Source: an uncultured delta proteobacterium
GTDB lineage: Bacteria > Myxococcota_A > Polyangia > Fen-1088
Length of the DNA: 64,000 nt
Assembly: GCA_963767925.1 (NCBI GenBank)
Contig: CAVYGB010000012.1
Location: forward strand, 1-64,000
Direction: 5' to 3'
How positions within the stretch are numbered: position 1 is the first letter of the stretch; every line of letters begins with the position of its first letter. The notes below the pieces were generated by a model. The model was not told where the DNA came from, made no database searches, and worked only from the letters and a program-made list of their open reading frames with translations. The translations under genes and the position numbers were made by a program. Shown here piece by piece: positions 43,881-54,116 of the stretch.

Positions 43881-45935
43881 ATGGAGCGGGGGCGTCTCGT
43901 GGTGGTGACTGAGGAGGATGCGCTGGTCGGGTTCGCCGAGGTGGACCGTCGCAACCGGCGCGTCCGCGAGCTCGGCGGCCTGCTGCTCGGCCTGCTCGAG
44001 GCAAGCACCCTGCGGGCCCGGGTCGAGGCCCTGGTCCGGCTGGCGCGCTGGATGGCCGAGTTCGATCCGCGCTTCCCGATGCCGCTGGCCACCGCGCCAC
44101 CGGTCCCCGCCGCGGCCTGGCGGCGGCTCGCCGCCCTGGTGACCGTCCTGCACGATCCCCCGCTGCGCGATCCGGTCCGGATCCAGCTCGGCCGGCTCCT
44201 CGCCGAGAGCGACGGCGTGGCCCTGCTGGCGCAGAGCGGGCTGCCCAACGACCGGGGGCTGCTCAGCGAGACCGCCGATCGCCTGTTCCGGCGCATCTTG
44301 CCCGAGCCGCCCGACGATCAGAACCTGGCGGTGGTGGTGGGGCGAATGTTCCCCACGCCGCAGGCCCTGCGCTTCCTCGAGCAGCTCCCCCCCGAGCTGT
44401 TCGCCCGCCTGTGCCGCGCGCTCGGGGCCGACGACGCCCGGGGCGTCGTGTTCGCCAGCCTGGCGGCGGCGGTGCGCGACGCCTTCGTGCTTGTCTCGGC
44501 GCGCGTGCAGGGGCTGGGTCTGTCCGAGCCGATCCGGGAGCGCAGCCGCCGCCTGCCCCTGCAGCAGTCCCCCTTCCTCGCCCTGGCCCGCACCGGGACC
44601 CTGGTCGCCGCCGCCGATCGCGACGGCGAGCGCCGCTGGCGGGCCGCCGTGCAGGGCTGCCGGGAGGAGCTGCGGGCCGTGCAGGCCAAGCTCGAGGAGA
44701 CCGGGATCAGCGTGGACGTGGTCTTCGAGATGGAGATCATGGAGCAGGCCCTGCGGCGGCTGGAGCGGCTTGTCGCGGTGATGACCGCCCCCTCCGGCGC
44801 CGCCGAGGCGGCCGCCGCCCGCGATCTCCTGGCGGTGGTCGTGCGCGCCCGCCAGTCGGACCGCAGCCTGCGCGCGCTGGCCTACTCCAACCTGCACCTG
44901 CTGGCCCGCAAGCTGGTCGAGCGGGCGGGCCGCACCGGCGAGCACTACATCGCCCTCACCCGCCTCCAGTACTGGCACCTGCTGGGAACGGCGGCGGGCG
45001 GCGGCCTCGTCACCCTCGCCACCGCCTCGCTGAAGGTGCGCATCGCCGCCCTGCACCTGGCCCCGTTCCTCGAGGGGCTGCTGGCCGGGACCAACTACGC
45101 GCTCTCGTTCATCCTCATCCAGCTCTGCGGCTTCACCCTGGCCACCAAGCAGCCATCGATGACCGCCGCCACCCTGGCCGAATCGATCCGGGAGGGGGCC
45201 GGTCCCGAACGCATGGGCGACCTGGTGACCCACGTGACCCGCATCGTGCGATCGCAGCTCTGCGCCGCCTTCGGGAACATCGGCACGGTGGCGCTGGCCG
45301 CCATCGCCTTCGACCTCGTCTACCGCTGGCGCTCCGGACACTCCTTCCTCTCGCCCGAGAAGGCCGACGCCGTGTTGCGCTCGCTCCACCCGCTCGAGAG
45401 CGGCACCATCTGGTACGCGGCCATCACCGGCGTCATCCTGTGGGCCTCCAGCCTGGCCGGCGGCTGGATCGAGAACTTCTGCGTCTACCGGCGGCTGCCC
45501 CAGGCCATCGCCGAGCACCGCCTGGGAGACGTGGTGGGGCGACCCTTCCTGCAACGGATGAGCGCCCGCTTCGCCCGCAACATCTCGGGGCTGGGGAGCG
45601 GCGTGGCCCTGGGGTTGATGCTGGGGATGACGCCGGTGCTGGGCGCCTTCTTCGGCCTGCCCCTCGACGTCCGCCACGTCACCCTCTCGGCCGGCACCCT
45701 GGCGGTGGCCCTCGCCAGCCTCGACTTCGTGCCCCCCCGGACCGCCTTGCCCGCGGTGGTGGGGATCGGCGTGATCTTCGTGCTCAACCTGGCCGTCAGC
45801 TTCCTCTGCGCCCTCACGGTCGCCCTCCGCGCCAAGGAGGTGCCGCGCCGGGACCGCTGGGCCCTGTTCGGCGCCATCGTGGGCCGCCTCCTGCGCCGCC
45901 CCCTCGACTTCATCTTGCCGCCCGGACGATCCTGA
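43881..45935 (+). CDS. Gcr / SpecificRecomb family membrane protein
   Basis: GRTGEHYI, AAGGG, NYALSF, TLATKQPSMTA, DVRHVTLSAG, with multiple C-terminal TM helices. Confidence 0.85.
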   Translation: MERGRLVVVTEEDALVGFAEVDRRNRRVRELGGLLLGLLEASTLRARVEALVRLARWMAEFDPRFPMPLATAPPVPAAAWRRLAALVTVLHDPPLRDPVRIQLGRLLAESDGVALLAQSGLPNDRGLLSETADRLFRRILPEPPDDQNLAVVVGRMFPTPQALRFLEQLPPELFARLCRALGADDARGVVFASLAAAVRDAFVLVSARVQGLGLSEPIRERSRRLPLQQSPFLALARTGTLVAAADRDGERRWRAAVQGCREELRAVQAKLEETGISVDVVFEMEIMEQALRRLERLVAVMTAPSGAAEAAAARDLLAVVVRARQSDRSLRALAYSNLHLLARKLVERAGRTGEHYIALTRLQYWHLLGTAAGGGLVTLATASLKVRIAALHLAPFLEGLLAGTNYALSFILIQLCGFTLATKQPSMTAATLAESIREGAGPERMGDLVTHVTRIVRSQLCAAFGNIGTVALAAIAFDLVYRWRSGHSFLSPEKADAVLRSLHPLESGTIWYAAITGVILWASSLAGGWIENFCVYRRLPQAIAEHRLGDVVGRPFLQRMSARFARNISGLGSGVALGLMLGMTPVLGAFFGLPLDVRHVTLSAGTLAVALASLDFVPPRTALPAVVGIGVIFVLNLAVSFLCALTVALRAKEVPRRDRWALFGAIVGRLLRRPLDFILPPGRS

Positions 45936-45945
45936 GGCGGTCGGC

Positions 45946-47013
45946 TCAGAGCCGCTCGCCGGCGGCCAGGGTGGCCACCTCGCGGTCGAGCAGCGGCCGG
46001 CCGTAGACAAGCAGCTCGTCGAGCGAGCCGGGCAGGTGGTCGGCGGTGCGGGGATCGTCGCCGGCGGCGGCCGCCCCCGCCCCGATGATCAGCGGCTCGC
46101 CGCTGGGGGGCAGGCGGCCCGGGTGGGCGGCGCTGCCGACCCGCTCGCCGTCGAGGAAGAGGCGGACGGCCTTGCCGTCGAAGATCATCGCCACGTGAAC
46201 CCAGCGCCGGGTGGGGATGACCCGATCGCTCTCCAGGCTCAAAGCGCTGTCCGGCCCGGCGCCCGCGAGCTGCACCTTCAGGCGCCGCTCCTTCACCTCG
46301 AGGCGAAACAGCAGACCGCTGCCGCCGGCCGCCGCCCGGGTGACGATGATGCCGGGGTCCTGCTCGGCGGGCAGGCGGATCCAGGCGGCCAGGCTGAGGC
46401 GGTCGCTGATGCGGTCGAGGTGGGTCGAGCGCGGCACCAGGAGGTGGCCGTCGCGGCCGCCGGCCCGCAGGTCGAGCGCCCCGCCGAGGCGGCCGTCGAT
46501 CCAGGCCGTCCGCGCGTCGACCCCGCGCAGGAGCGCGTGCTGGGCGAAGCCCGAGCGATCCAGGGCCGTGGTCCGCCCGGCCGGGTCGTCGAAGGTGAAC
46601 CAGAGCAGCGGCTCGCGCGGCGCCGGCGCCAGCGGGGCGGTCGCTTCCGCCTCGACCGCCGGGGCGCCGTCGGTGCGCGGGTTCGCGTCGGTCGGGACGT
46701 CGGCGTCGGGCGGCACGCCCGCGTCGGAGAGGACGACCGGCGGCGAGGGCGAGGGCGAGGGCAGCGACGGCGCCGGCGGCGGCAGATCGATGGTCGGGAC
46801 GCCCTCCGGCGGCGAGGTGCCCGCAAGCGGCGGGCTGCCTTCTGGCAGCGGCGGGGGTGGCTGATCGACGGGCGGCCTCCGGGAGGCGCGCCCCGGATCG
46901 GGGGCGGGCGGGGCCTGATCGGCGGGCTCCTCGAGAGCGGGATCGGCGGCGCTCAGCCCTCCCTCGTCGATGCGACAGGCCGGCGCGATCAGCGCGAGGA
47001 TCGCCCCCAGCAT
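45946..47013 (-). CDS. LamG/concanavalin-like domain lipoprotein with Pro-rich linker
   Basis: IAPAC lipobox-like, WFTFDD, GRLGGAL, WVHVAMIFDG...LFLDG, GSLDELLVY. Start uncertain. Confidence 0.8.
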   Translation of the reverse strand: MLGAILALIAPACRIDEGGLSAADPALEEPADQAPPAPDPGRASRRPPVDQPPPPLPEGSPPLAGTSPPEGVPTIDLPPPAPSLPSPSPSPPVVLSDAGVPPDADVPTDANPRTDGAPAVEAEATAPLAPAPREPLLWFTFDDPAGRTTALDRSGFAQHALLRGVDARTAWIDGRLGGALDLRAGGRDGHLLVPRSTHLDRISDRLSLAAWIRLPAEQDPGIIVTRAAAGGSGLLFRLEVKERRLKVQLAGAGPDSALSLESDRVIPTRRWVHVAMIFDGKAVRLFLDGERVGSAAHPGRLPPSGEPLIIGAGAAAAGDDPRTADHLPGSLDELLVYGRPLLDREVATLAAGERL

Positions 47014-47461
47014 GATTCGTCGTGTGTTTCCCACCCTCCACCCTCCTTCGGCCCAGCTGAAACTTTCCATGGTGCTTCTCTTCCGCGCAGCCGGGTTTCT
47101 CCGTCGAGGCGATGGCGGACCAACTGGAGGTCGCTCGAACCCGAACCCTCGAAGCTGCGACAGGGTTGGAGTGTCCTCCCGGACGCATGGCAGGCGGGTA
47201 TCGATCGAGTTACATCGAGGTAAGTCGCTCGCCCTGCGCGCGCCGGTCGCGGCCGCGGGCTAAGAATCTGCGCCGAATAGCAGGCGCATGCCCGACGAGG
47301 AGAGCGCCACCTACCCGGCCGCACCGGGGTGATCTTCCGTCAGCACCGGAGATTCGAAGCCTTCGCAGCAGCGCGTGAGATGGCGGAGATCGTGGGCGTT
47401 TTCTTCCTCTGGGACTCAGCGTCTCTTCCGGGGCCCTGATCCCGTCGATGTCTCCCGGACG

Positions 47462-48061
47462 ATGAAGGCTGGTCTGCTGGGGCTGCTGCTGCCCCTCGGG
47501 ATCTGCGCCGCCGCTGTCCCGGCCGCGGCGAGCGGGACCGAGACCGTCTACAGCCTGTACCGCTCGAGCTTCATCGCCCGGGACAAGCGGGTGCACGTCG
47601 CCACCTTCGATGCCCAGCACGCGAGCGCGATCGCCGCGGCCTCCACCAACTCGGACAACTGCAACCGGGTCGCGCGCGCGCTCAACGAGCAGCCCGGCTC
47701 GGGCAGCAAACACTGGTGCGAGCGGGGCCGGCACCGCCGCGAGCGGACCCAGGTCCTGCCTCCCCCGCCGGTCCTGAGCCGCGCGCGCCTGCGCCGGGAC
47801 TCGACCCTCACCTGCAACTCCGCGGTGGCGGCCCGGACCTCGACCCCGGAAGACCTCGCCGTGGCCTGCACCGGCTGGAGCGCACTGGCGATCGCCCGGG
47901 CCGAGCTGCGCTTCCTGAGCGGCATGTGCAAGGCCGACAGCATCCAGGACTGCGATCGCCTCTGCTTCCACGCCCCCGCCGCCCTCCCCCGCAGCGAACG
48001 CACCGACATCGTCGACTGGGCCTGCCGCCGCCGCTCCGAGATCGTCGCCCAGAACCCCTGA
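47462..48061 (+). CDS. Secreted Cys-rich hypothetical protein
   Basis: Signal peptide, RVHVATFDA...NCNRVA...HWCERG and several paired Cys. Confidence 0.6.
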   Translation: MKAGLLGLLLPLGICAAAVPAAASGTETVYSLYRSSFIARDKRVHVATFDAQHASAIAAASTNSDNCNRVARALNEQPGSGSKHWCERGRHRRERTQVLPPPPVLSRARLRRDSTLTCNSAVAARTSTPEDLAVACTGWSALAIARAELRFLSGMCKADSIQDCDRLCFHAPAALPRSERTDIVDWACRRRSEIVAQNP

Positions 48062-48140
48062 AGCCGGCGGGCCGTCCTGGCGACGGCCCGTGCCGGGGCG
48101 ATTGATGTTGTCGAGCCCGAGCCCGACTGCACCGCCCGCC

Positions 48141-48644
48141 CTAGACGCGCATTTCACCGGCCGAGATCGTGTGCGTCCGGACAGAAGGCGACCGTCGGGC
48201 TGGTATTTGAATTGCCTCTTTCGCGGGCGCAAGCAACAAGTGACCCGGACGGTTGGCTTCCGCCCGGAAGATAACCAAAGAACGAAGGGCCACCGTGGAC
48301 GGCATCGATACCTCGTCCCGCTCCCACCGTCCTACGGTCTGCTTATCTACCTCCAGGAGTGCTGCCAGCCCAGCCTGCGTTTGACCGAGGAATTTTCGAA
48401 GGAATCGAACCTCCTCGCCGCTCAACGATGTCTGAGTAACGACCACGAGCGCAAGGTTGAGCTCGATCTGCTCGAGGACAACGCCGGCAATGAGCCGGTG
48501 CCCATCCGGACAGACGGCTACCGGCATTTCTTTCACCATCACAGGAAGTCCAAGGAATGCCGAGGCGTCGTACACCGGCACCAGCTCGGTCTTCGTGGGC
48601 TTTCCGCACTCGGAGCAGCTGGGGGATGAATCGATGGGGTTCAT
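48141..48644 (-). CDS. MqsA-like antitoxin (zinc ribbon plus XRE HTH)
   Basis: CSEC...CPDGH, then LSGEEVRFLRKFLGQTQAGLAALLEVDKQTVGRWE. Confidence 0.85.
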   Translation of the reverse strand: MNPIDSSPSCSECGKPTKTELVPVYDASAFLGLPVMVKEMPVAVCPDGHRLIAGVVLEQIELNLALVVVTQTSLSGEEVRFLRKFLGQTQAGLAALLEVDKQTVGRWERDEVSMPSTVALRSLVIFRAEANRPGHLLLAPAKEAIQIPARRSPSVRTHTISAGEMRV

Positions 48645-48651
48645 GTGCTCC

Positions 48652-48954
48652 TCAAAAGACGGTTACCACGATGATTCGCTTGGAGATGTCCCGGTACGTC
48701 TCCACACCAACCGCGATGTCTTCGTCATCCAAGGTAGGACCCTCGATCCTCCAGCAGGTGCCTCCATTCTCTGGAGTGCCATCGTCGTATGCAGCGCACC
48801 GCGAGGCGTTTGCGATGGCATTCCTCACATCACGCTGCGTAATATGTCGCTCTCGAAAGCGGCTTGCACGGTGATCAGAAAACCAATACTTACCGTTGCT
48901 TACCGCATCCTTCGCCCATACCAAGGCATCGGCGGGAGTCTGCGGGCCCGGCAT
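48652..48954 (-). CDS. DUF4258 (RelE/BrnT-fold) toxin
   Basis: FSDHRASRFRERHITQRDVRNAI...WRIEG...IIVVTVF, directly upstream of the antitoxin. Confidence 0.8.
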   Translation of the reverse strand: MPGPQTPADALVWAKDAVSNGKYWFSDHRASRFRERHITQRDVRNAIANASRCAAYDDGTPENGGTCWRIEGPTLDDEDIAVGVETYRDISKRIIVVTVF

Positions 48955-48974
48955 CGAGTATCAAAAAAAGACTC

Positions 48975-49865
48975 TCATCGCGGCCACGTCGCCGGCGGTA
49001 CAGCGCCGAGGAGCGAATCAAGCTGCTCGACGAGGCGGATCAGCCGGGAGAGAGCATCTCGACGGTGGCCCGCAAGCACGGCGTCTCACCGAGTGTGATG
49101 TGATGTTCCGGTGGGGCCAGCTGCGCGAGGCTCTGACCGGGCTCAAAGCGGACGAGGAGCTCGTGCCGGCGTCGGAGCTGAAGGCGGCACGCGCCAAGAT
49201 CCGGGAGCTGCAGCGGCTGCTGGGCAAGAAGGCCGAGGAGGTCGACATCCTCAAGGAGGGACTGGAGTACGCGCGCGAAAAAACTGCTATGGCGGTCGCC
49301 GTTGCCTCGACGGGGGGCGAAAGATGACGACGGTCGCGAGGGCGTTCGGTGTGGCCCGTTCTCACCTCATCTCGAGGGTGCAGTCGCCCCGGGCGGCTGC
49401 ACAGGCCCCCGCTTGTGGGCGCATAGATGCCAAGAGCGGCCGAGCGCAGGCGGGGTCAAGGTGGTGGTCGGCGTGGGGCAGGGCGACTTTACGCCGCCGA
49501 GCACGGTGGCAGACGTGGAGCTGCCCCAGGAGGTCCGGGAGGTGATCACGACACGAGCCCCGTACGGCTACCGGCGGAACGGCGGACGACCGCCATCATC
49601 CATCGCCGACGACGATCCGAGGGCAGGCCGCCCGTCAACCACAAGCGCGTGTATCGCGTGATGCGGAATCATGGCCTGCTGCTGCAGCGGCATTGGGCTG
49701 ACCGGCTGGCCGCGTCCACGACGGCAAGGTCATCACGCGTAAGCCCAACCTGCGCTGGTGCTCGGACTGCTTCGAGGTCCGTGCCTGGAACGGCGAGCGC
49801 GTTCAGGTGGCGTTCGTACTGGACTGCTGCGACCGTGAGGTCATCGCGTCCACCGCGACCGTCGG
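48975..49865 (+). mobile_element. IS3-family (IS2-like) element, degraded 5' part (orfA plus start of orfB)
   Basis: RRRYSAEERI...VARKHGVSPS, VPASELKAARAKIRELQRLLGKK, YGYRR, VNHKRVYRVM, RWCSDCFE...LDCCDREVI. Several indels. Confidence 0.9.
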
Positions 49866-50898
49866 TGATCGTGCGCGTGTTTTCTGAGGGGAGTTCGATC
49901 ACGCAGTTTGAGGGGCGGGGGGAGTCGAGGGATTAGAAGAGGCCGTCGTCTTCGCTGGGGGGGGGCGCAGGGCCGGGATGGGAGCGGTCGTGAGGTCGCT
50001 CCGAACCTCGTTGACGCTTCGCGGTGAGCGTCCCGGATGGCGTCGATGATGTTCTCGAGGATCTGCACGACGGTGAGGGCGGTTCGGCCGTCGAGTGGCG
50101 GCAGGATCACGTGAGCGCGTGGAGGGGGCGGGCTCATCGCTTCTTCGCCTGCGCCGCGGCTCTGCGACGCGCGGGCTGCTGGAAGGACTCGAGGAAGAGC
50201 TTCTCGTCGAGGCGAGGCAGGTCGCGGTCGCCTACGATGGCGAGAAGTTCGTCGCCGAGGTTCATGAGCACGCGGTAGTTGCCGGCGGCGTGGTCGGCCA
50301 GGGTGGCCTTGAGCTCGGTCGTCATGAGGGTGGCGTTACCGGCGGCATCGAGGAGGTGATCGAGGCAGGCGAGCAGCTCGTCGCGGGAGGCGTACTCGAG
50401 GACGAGACGACGCCGGATGCGGCTGCCCAGGGGGAGCAGCTCTGCCGAGCGGAGACGCTCGACGAGGCGTGCGTCCCCGGCGAGCACCACTCAGAGGAGC
50501 TGGCGGGAGTCGAGTTCCTTGCTGGCCAAGACGCGCAGCTCGATGAAGACGGTGGTCAGCGTCTCCTGGGCCTCGTCGATCACCAGTACCGGGCGGCTGA
50601 GGGAGGAGACGATGTGGTCGGCCCAGCGGGCGTGCAGGGCCTTGAAGCCGCCCCAGCGGTTGTGCGACTGCAGCGGGACACCGAAGAGGTCGCCGAGCTC
50701 GCGATAGAAGTCCATGGTGCGCGACTGCGGGTGCTCGATGGTGCCGACGACCACGTCACGCATAGCTGCGAGGCGCTTGGTGAGCAGGCGCAGGGCCACG
50801 TTCTTGCCAGTGCCGGGATCGCCGGTGATCATCACGTAGCCGCCGTCGGCGATGCCGAGCTCGATGCGACGGATGAAAGGGTCGACGGCGGCGGTGAG
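49866..50898 (-). mobile_element. 3' remnant of a transposon with an ExeA/TniB-like AAA ATPase and a small downstream ORF
   Basis: Walker A GDPGTGK, Walker B VIDEAQ, LGSRI. Premature stop at 50491. Small ORF starts at 50137. Confidence 0.75.
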
Positions 50899-51808
50899 TG
50901 TCAAGGTAGTTGCCGCCTTGAAAGTTGCTCTCAGATCTGAATCTTCGCCCCCCTCGTGGAGGGCGATTGTCGGGAAGTGCTCGGGACGGTCAAGGGTTCG
51001 CTCGCGGGCTCGCCGGCGGTGGCCGCCGCCCTTGACCTGCCCTACGCCCTCCCCCGGAGCGCCGCGTATCGACGGCGGGGCCAGGTTTTGACGGGCGCAG
51101 GCTGGGTTGAGGCATACGACTGCGACCGACGTCCAGTTACGTGTCTGCCGCGTCCAGCGCTGGGGTGCCCGTCCTCGGGCGGCCTCGCACACCTGGCGGC
51201 GCCTGGCGAGGATGGCGCCGTCCCGCCCCTCGTGCCGCTCCACCGGAGTGACGAAGCGGATCCCCCTGTGCTGGTGGTCTTCGTCGTGCCAGCGCACGAA
51301 CGCGTCGACCCACGCCTGCGCGGCCTCGAGGGTGATGAATGCCCCGTCAGGATACGACGGCCGATACTTCATGGTCCGAAAGAGCGCCTCCGAGAAGGCG
51401 TTGTCGTCGCTGGTGTGCGGTCGGCTGAACGTGCGGGTCACCCCCAGGTCCCGGAGCTTGACGAGCAAGGTTTGGCCCTTCATCGCCTGACCGTTGTCGC
51501 TGTGGAGCCCGAGTTGGCCAGACCTGACACCCTCTCGGTGATACCCCTCCTCCAGCAGAGCCGCCGCCAGCTCGTCCGACTCCCGTTCATGAACCCGCGC
51601 CGCCACGATCTTGCGGCTCCACACGTCGACGACCATGTACAGCATCCAGAACATCCCTCGCACCGGCGAGCGCAGGTACACGATGTCCCACGCCCACGCC
51701 TGCAGCGGTCCCGTCGCCCGGAGCTCGGGTGGCCGTCGGCGGACGCGCGGTCGGCTTCGATGGCGGTGTGCCAGGAGCTTCCGTTTGTTCAGCAGCCGAT
51801 ACATCGTC
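50899..51808 (-). mobile_element. IS3-family transposase orfB fragment with its terminal repeat
   Basis: DDE core WAWDIVYL, VDVWSRKIV, LHSDNG, SDDNAFSEALFRTMKY. The end TGTCAAGGTAGTTG at 50899 interrupts the ATPase gene. Confidence 0.88.
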
Positions 51809-51877
51809 TGTTCAGCAGCCGATACATCGTCTGTTCAGCAGCCGATACATCGTCTGTTCAGCAGCCGATACATCGTC
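51786..51877. repeat. Four perfect copies of a 23-bp unit
   Basis: TGTTCAGCAGCCGATACATCGTC at 51786, 51809, 51832 and 51855. Confidence 0.97.
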
Positions 51878-52104
51878 CTCGCCAGAATGCAACGGCATGG
51901 CCGGGTCCTTCGTGAAGAGCTTCAAGCGCGACTGCGTGTACCTGGCCGACGTGCGCACCGCCGACGAGTTCCTGGCCCAACTGTCGGCTTGGTTAGACGA
52001 CAGCCAAGTTCGGCCTCACAAGGGCTTGAAGATGCTTTCATCCATGGAGTACAGAGAGATCAACCTGGCGCGCTGGGATGTCCGGTTCTCCGGGGGCAAC
52101 TCCA
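51878..52104 (+). mobile_element. IS2-like element, 3' end and right inverted repeat
   Basis: SPECNGMAGSFVKSFKRD...PHKGLKMLS, ending in GGGGGCAACTCCA, which resembles an IS2 terminus. Confidence 0.8.
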
Positions 52105-52789
52105 GCCTTGCTGGTGTGTCGCGACTGATGGGAAGTTTAAATATTCTCGGAGGTGTCGAGGTAGGGGCGATTAGCACGCTTGCGAGAGCGAGTCGATTGA
52201 CGTTGGCTGCGGACCTCATGCGCCTGCGGACAGGCCGGGTCCGGGTACGGGCGACCCCTGAGACTGCATTACCCAAATCCCCTGGGAGCCCCGGGTCTAA
52301 CCGGTTCAGAGGCGGCGAACAGCCATTGTGATGCGAGCTCACTCGCTCATTGTCTTCCGCATTCGAGTCATCGCTTACGCGTCGAAAAAACTTTCAGAAT
52401 GGTCTTTACATTATAATCGTAGGCAACTAGGAGTTTTGAGGAAGAGATGAAGAGGTCGCCCGAAGGCCACGATACCTGAACAAGTCAGCGCCCGAACAGT
52501 AGCGGGTCCCCTCGGTGGCCCCATTTTCTTCGCGGGCGACCTCTCCGATCCGTTTCGTCCCAGTGCTGCCCGCCTCGCGCGAACAGGGACACTAGTGCGC
52601 CGCCCTCGAAGTAGCGTCAATCAGGCGACAACCCTGCGACCCCGCGAGGCGCAACGACAACGACTATCCGGGCGTATTCCGAGGAGGAGCAACGAAGCGG
52701 GGGAAAGATCGTCGCCGAATGATTGATGCTAGTTCGAAGACGGTGCATTAGGCGGATGCTTTCCTGATAGAACGACACACGAGGCCATC

Positions 52790-53485
52790 ATGCGAAATCG
52801 CAGGACCGCTTTGCTCATCGTTGGTTTCTCAGGAATAGGGATTCTCCTGGGTATCCTATGGACCCGTGAGAATCCGGCTTCGCTACAAAATCTTTCTGGT
52901 GAGAATGGCTCCAGGCAAAACCCGCGTCAGGAGCGTTCGTCAGAACGATCTGCTCGTTCGAAGCCATCCTCGGCCGTTCCGGGTCTGCGAGGAGGTCAGG
53001 TAGGTTCGCCCTCTTCGTCGCCCGTCCAAAACGATCCTCGGGCACCCGACTACGACGCTTCAAAGCTCACAGCTCTCGGTATTGGAGAGCGAGAGATCTT
53101 CAAGGCCGAACCCAGGAATCCTTCATGGGCCCAGCCGGTGGAGGACTCAATCCGGACAGCCCTTACGCGTGACTTCGAGGAGGTGCTGCCCGGGGCGAAG
53201 ATTACGGAACTCGAGTGTCGAACGATGACATGCCGAATGGTTGTCTCGGCCAATGACTACGGCACGCTTCAGAAGGCGATAACGGTAGCTCAGTATGCTC
53301 CGCTAGCCCCCCTCTCCAAGTTCGGTGGGGGCGGTGCCCTGGACCGGACCATCTACATGGTCTTCACTCCGGAAACCCATTCTGTCGAGAACTATCGGGC
53401 CTGGTATCGCAAGATGCGGGAAGGCGCGCTTCCCGACATCCGCAGCGGGCGAGCAGCCAACGATCCGCCAGTGCCCACCAACTGA
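52790..53485 (+). CDS. N-anchored hypothetical protein (lower GC)
   Basis: TM anchor, low-complexity linker, EPRNPSWAQPVE...ECRTMTC. Confidence 0.75.
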   Translation: MRNRRTALLIVGFSGIGILLGILWTRENPASLQNLSGENGSRQNPRQERSSERSARSKPSSAVPGLRGGQVGSPSSSPVQNDPRAPDYDASKLTALGIGEREIFKAEPRNPSWAQPVEDSIRTALTRDFEEVLPGAKITELECRTMTCRMVVSANDYGTLQKAITVAQYAPLAPLSKFGGGGALDRTIYMVFTPETHSVENYRAWYRKMREGALPDIRSGRAANDPPVPTN

Positions 53486-53494
53486 GGCGACCAA

Positions 53495-54112
53495 ATGGCC
53501 GCTAAGACACTACTGGCGTTCCTCGCGCTTCTGACCTCGCTGGTCCTGACAGTCACAATCAGAGGCGTCTTGCGGAAATCGCAGACACCAACTGTGGAGA
53601 CTGACAAAGAAGACTACGAGCGGTTCGTCGAGTTCGGTTCTCCCGATGAAAATGTTCCAACGATTCCTGTAAGGACGGGGCGACTCGATCTCCCGTCCCC
53701 GGAGTTGGAGATTGTTCCTGTGAAGGTGCCTGCAGAACTGTCAGGTCTGCAGGCACAGATGGTCTCCGACGACCATCATTCAGCAAGAAAGGCGCGAGCC
53801 CTGGCCAACGCCGTCTCAAGCTTCTTTCGGCTCCGAATCCGACAATGCTGGACAGGAAGAGGCGAGTTCGATCTCGACGGAATCTCGTTTCGGTTGACGG
53901 CAGAGATCAGAAGCACCACCCGGTCCGCGGCTCTATCACAGATCGTGTTTGATGGGATCGAAGATGGGCCGGACATTGCCCCCATGATCCGCGCATGCGT
54001 CTCCAGATCCTTCGCAAGTGAAGAGAAGCTCGACACTAGCGGGACGGATTTCCCGAACTTCAGTGGGAGGGAGACGTTCTCCCTGAAGTTCGATTCCCTG
54101 ACCTGCCGTTAG
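53495..54112 (+). CDS. N-anchored hypothetical protein, two-Cys AgmX/TonB-C-like domain
   Basis: TM anchor, IRQCW...IRACVSRSF. Starts 9 bp after the previous gene. Confidence 0.7.
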   Translation: MAAKTLLAFLALLTSLVLTVTIRGVLRKSQTPTVETDKEDYERFVEFGSPDENVPTIPVRTGRLDLPSPELEIVPVKVPAELSGLQAQMVSDDHHSARKARALANAVSSFFRLRIRQCWTGRGEFDLDGISFRLTAEIRSTTRSAALSQIVFDGIEDGPDIAPMIRACVSRSFASEEKLDTSGTDFPNFSGRETFSLKFDSLTCR

Positions 54113-54116
54113 TGGT

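Noticed and set aside
43881..45935. Site-specific recombinase or mobile element
   Set aside because: The family name is historical. The sequence is a multi-TM protein without Tyr or Ser recombinase motifs.
50491..51804. Novel transposase-ATPase fusion
   Set aside because: An IS terminus at 50899 lies inside the ORF; it is read-through from a nested insertion.
51786..51877. Mini-CRISPR or plasmid iterons
   Set aside because: No spacers and no rep gene; the unit is transposase coding sequence.
52270..52330. Cyclic-dinucleotide (GEMM-I) riboswitch
   Set aside because: Only GCCCCGGGTCTAA resembles the motif. The upstream GNRA-capped stem and GCAAA junction are absent.
52405..52420. Sigma70 promoter (TATAAT at 52412)
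   Set aside because: No -35 at proper spacing and far from the next gene.
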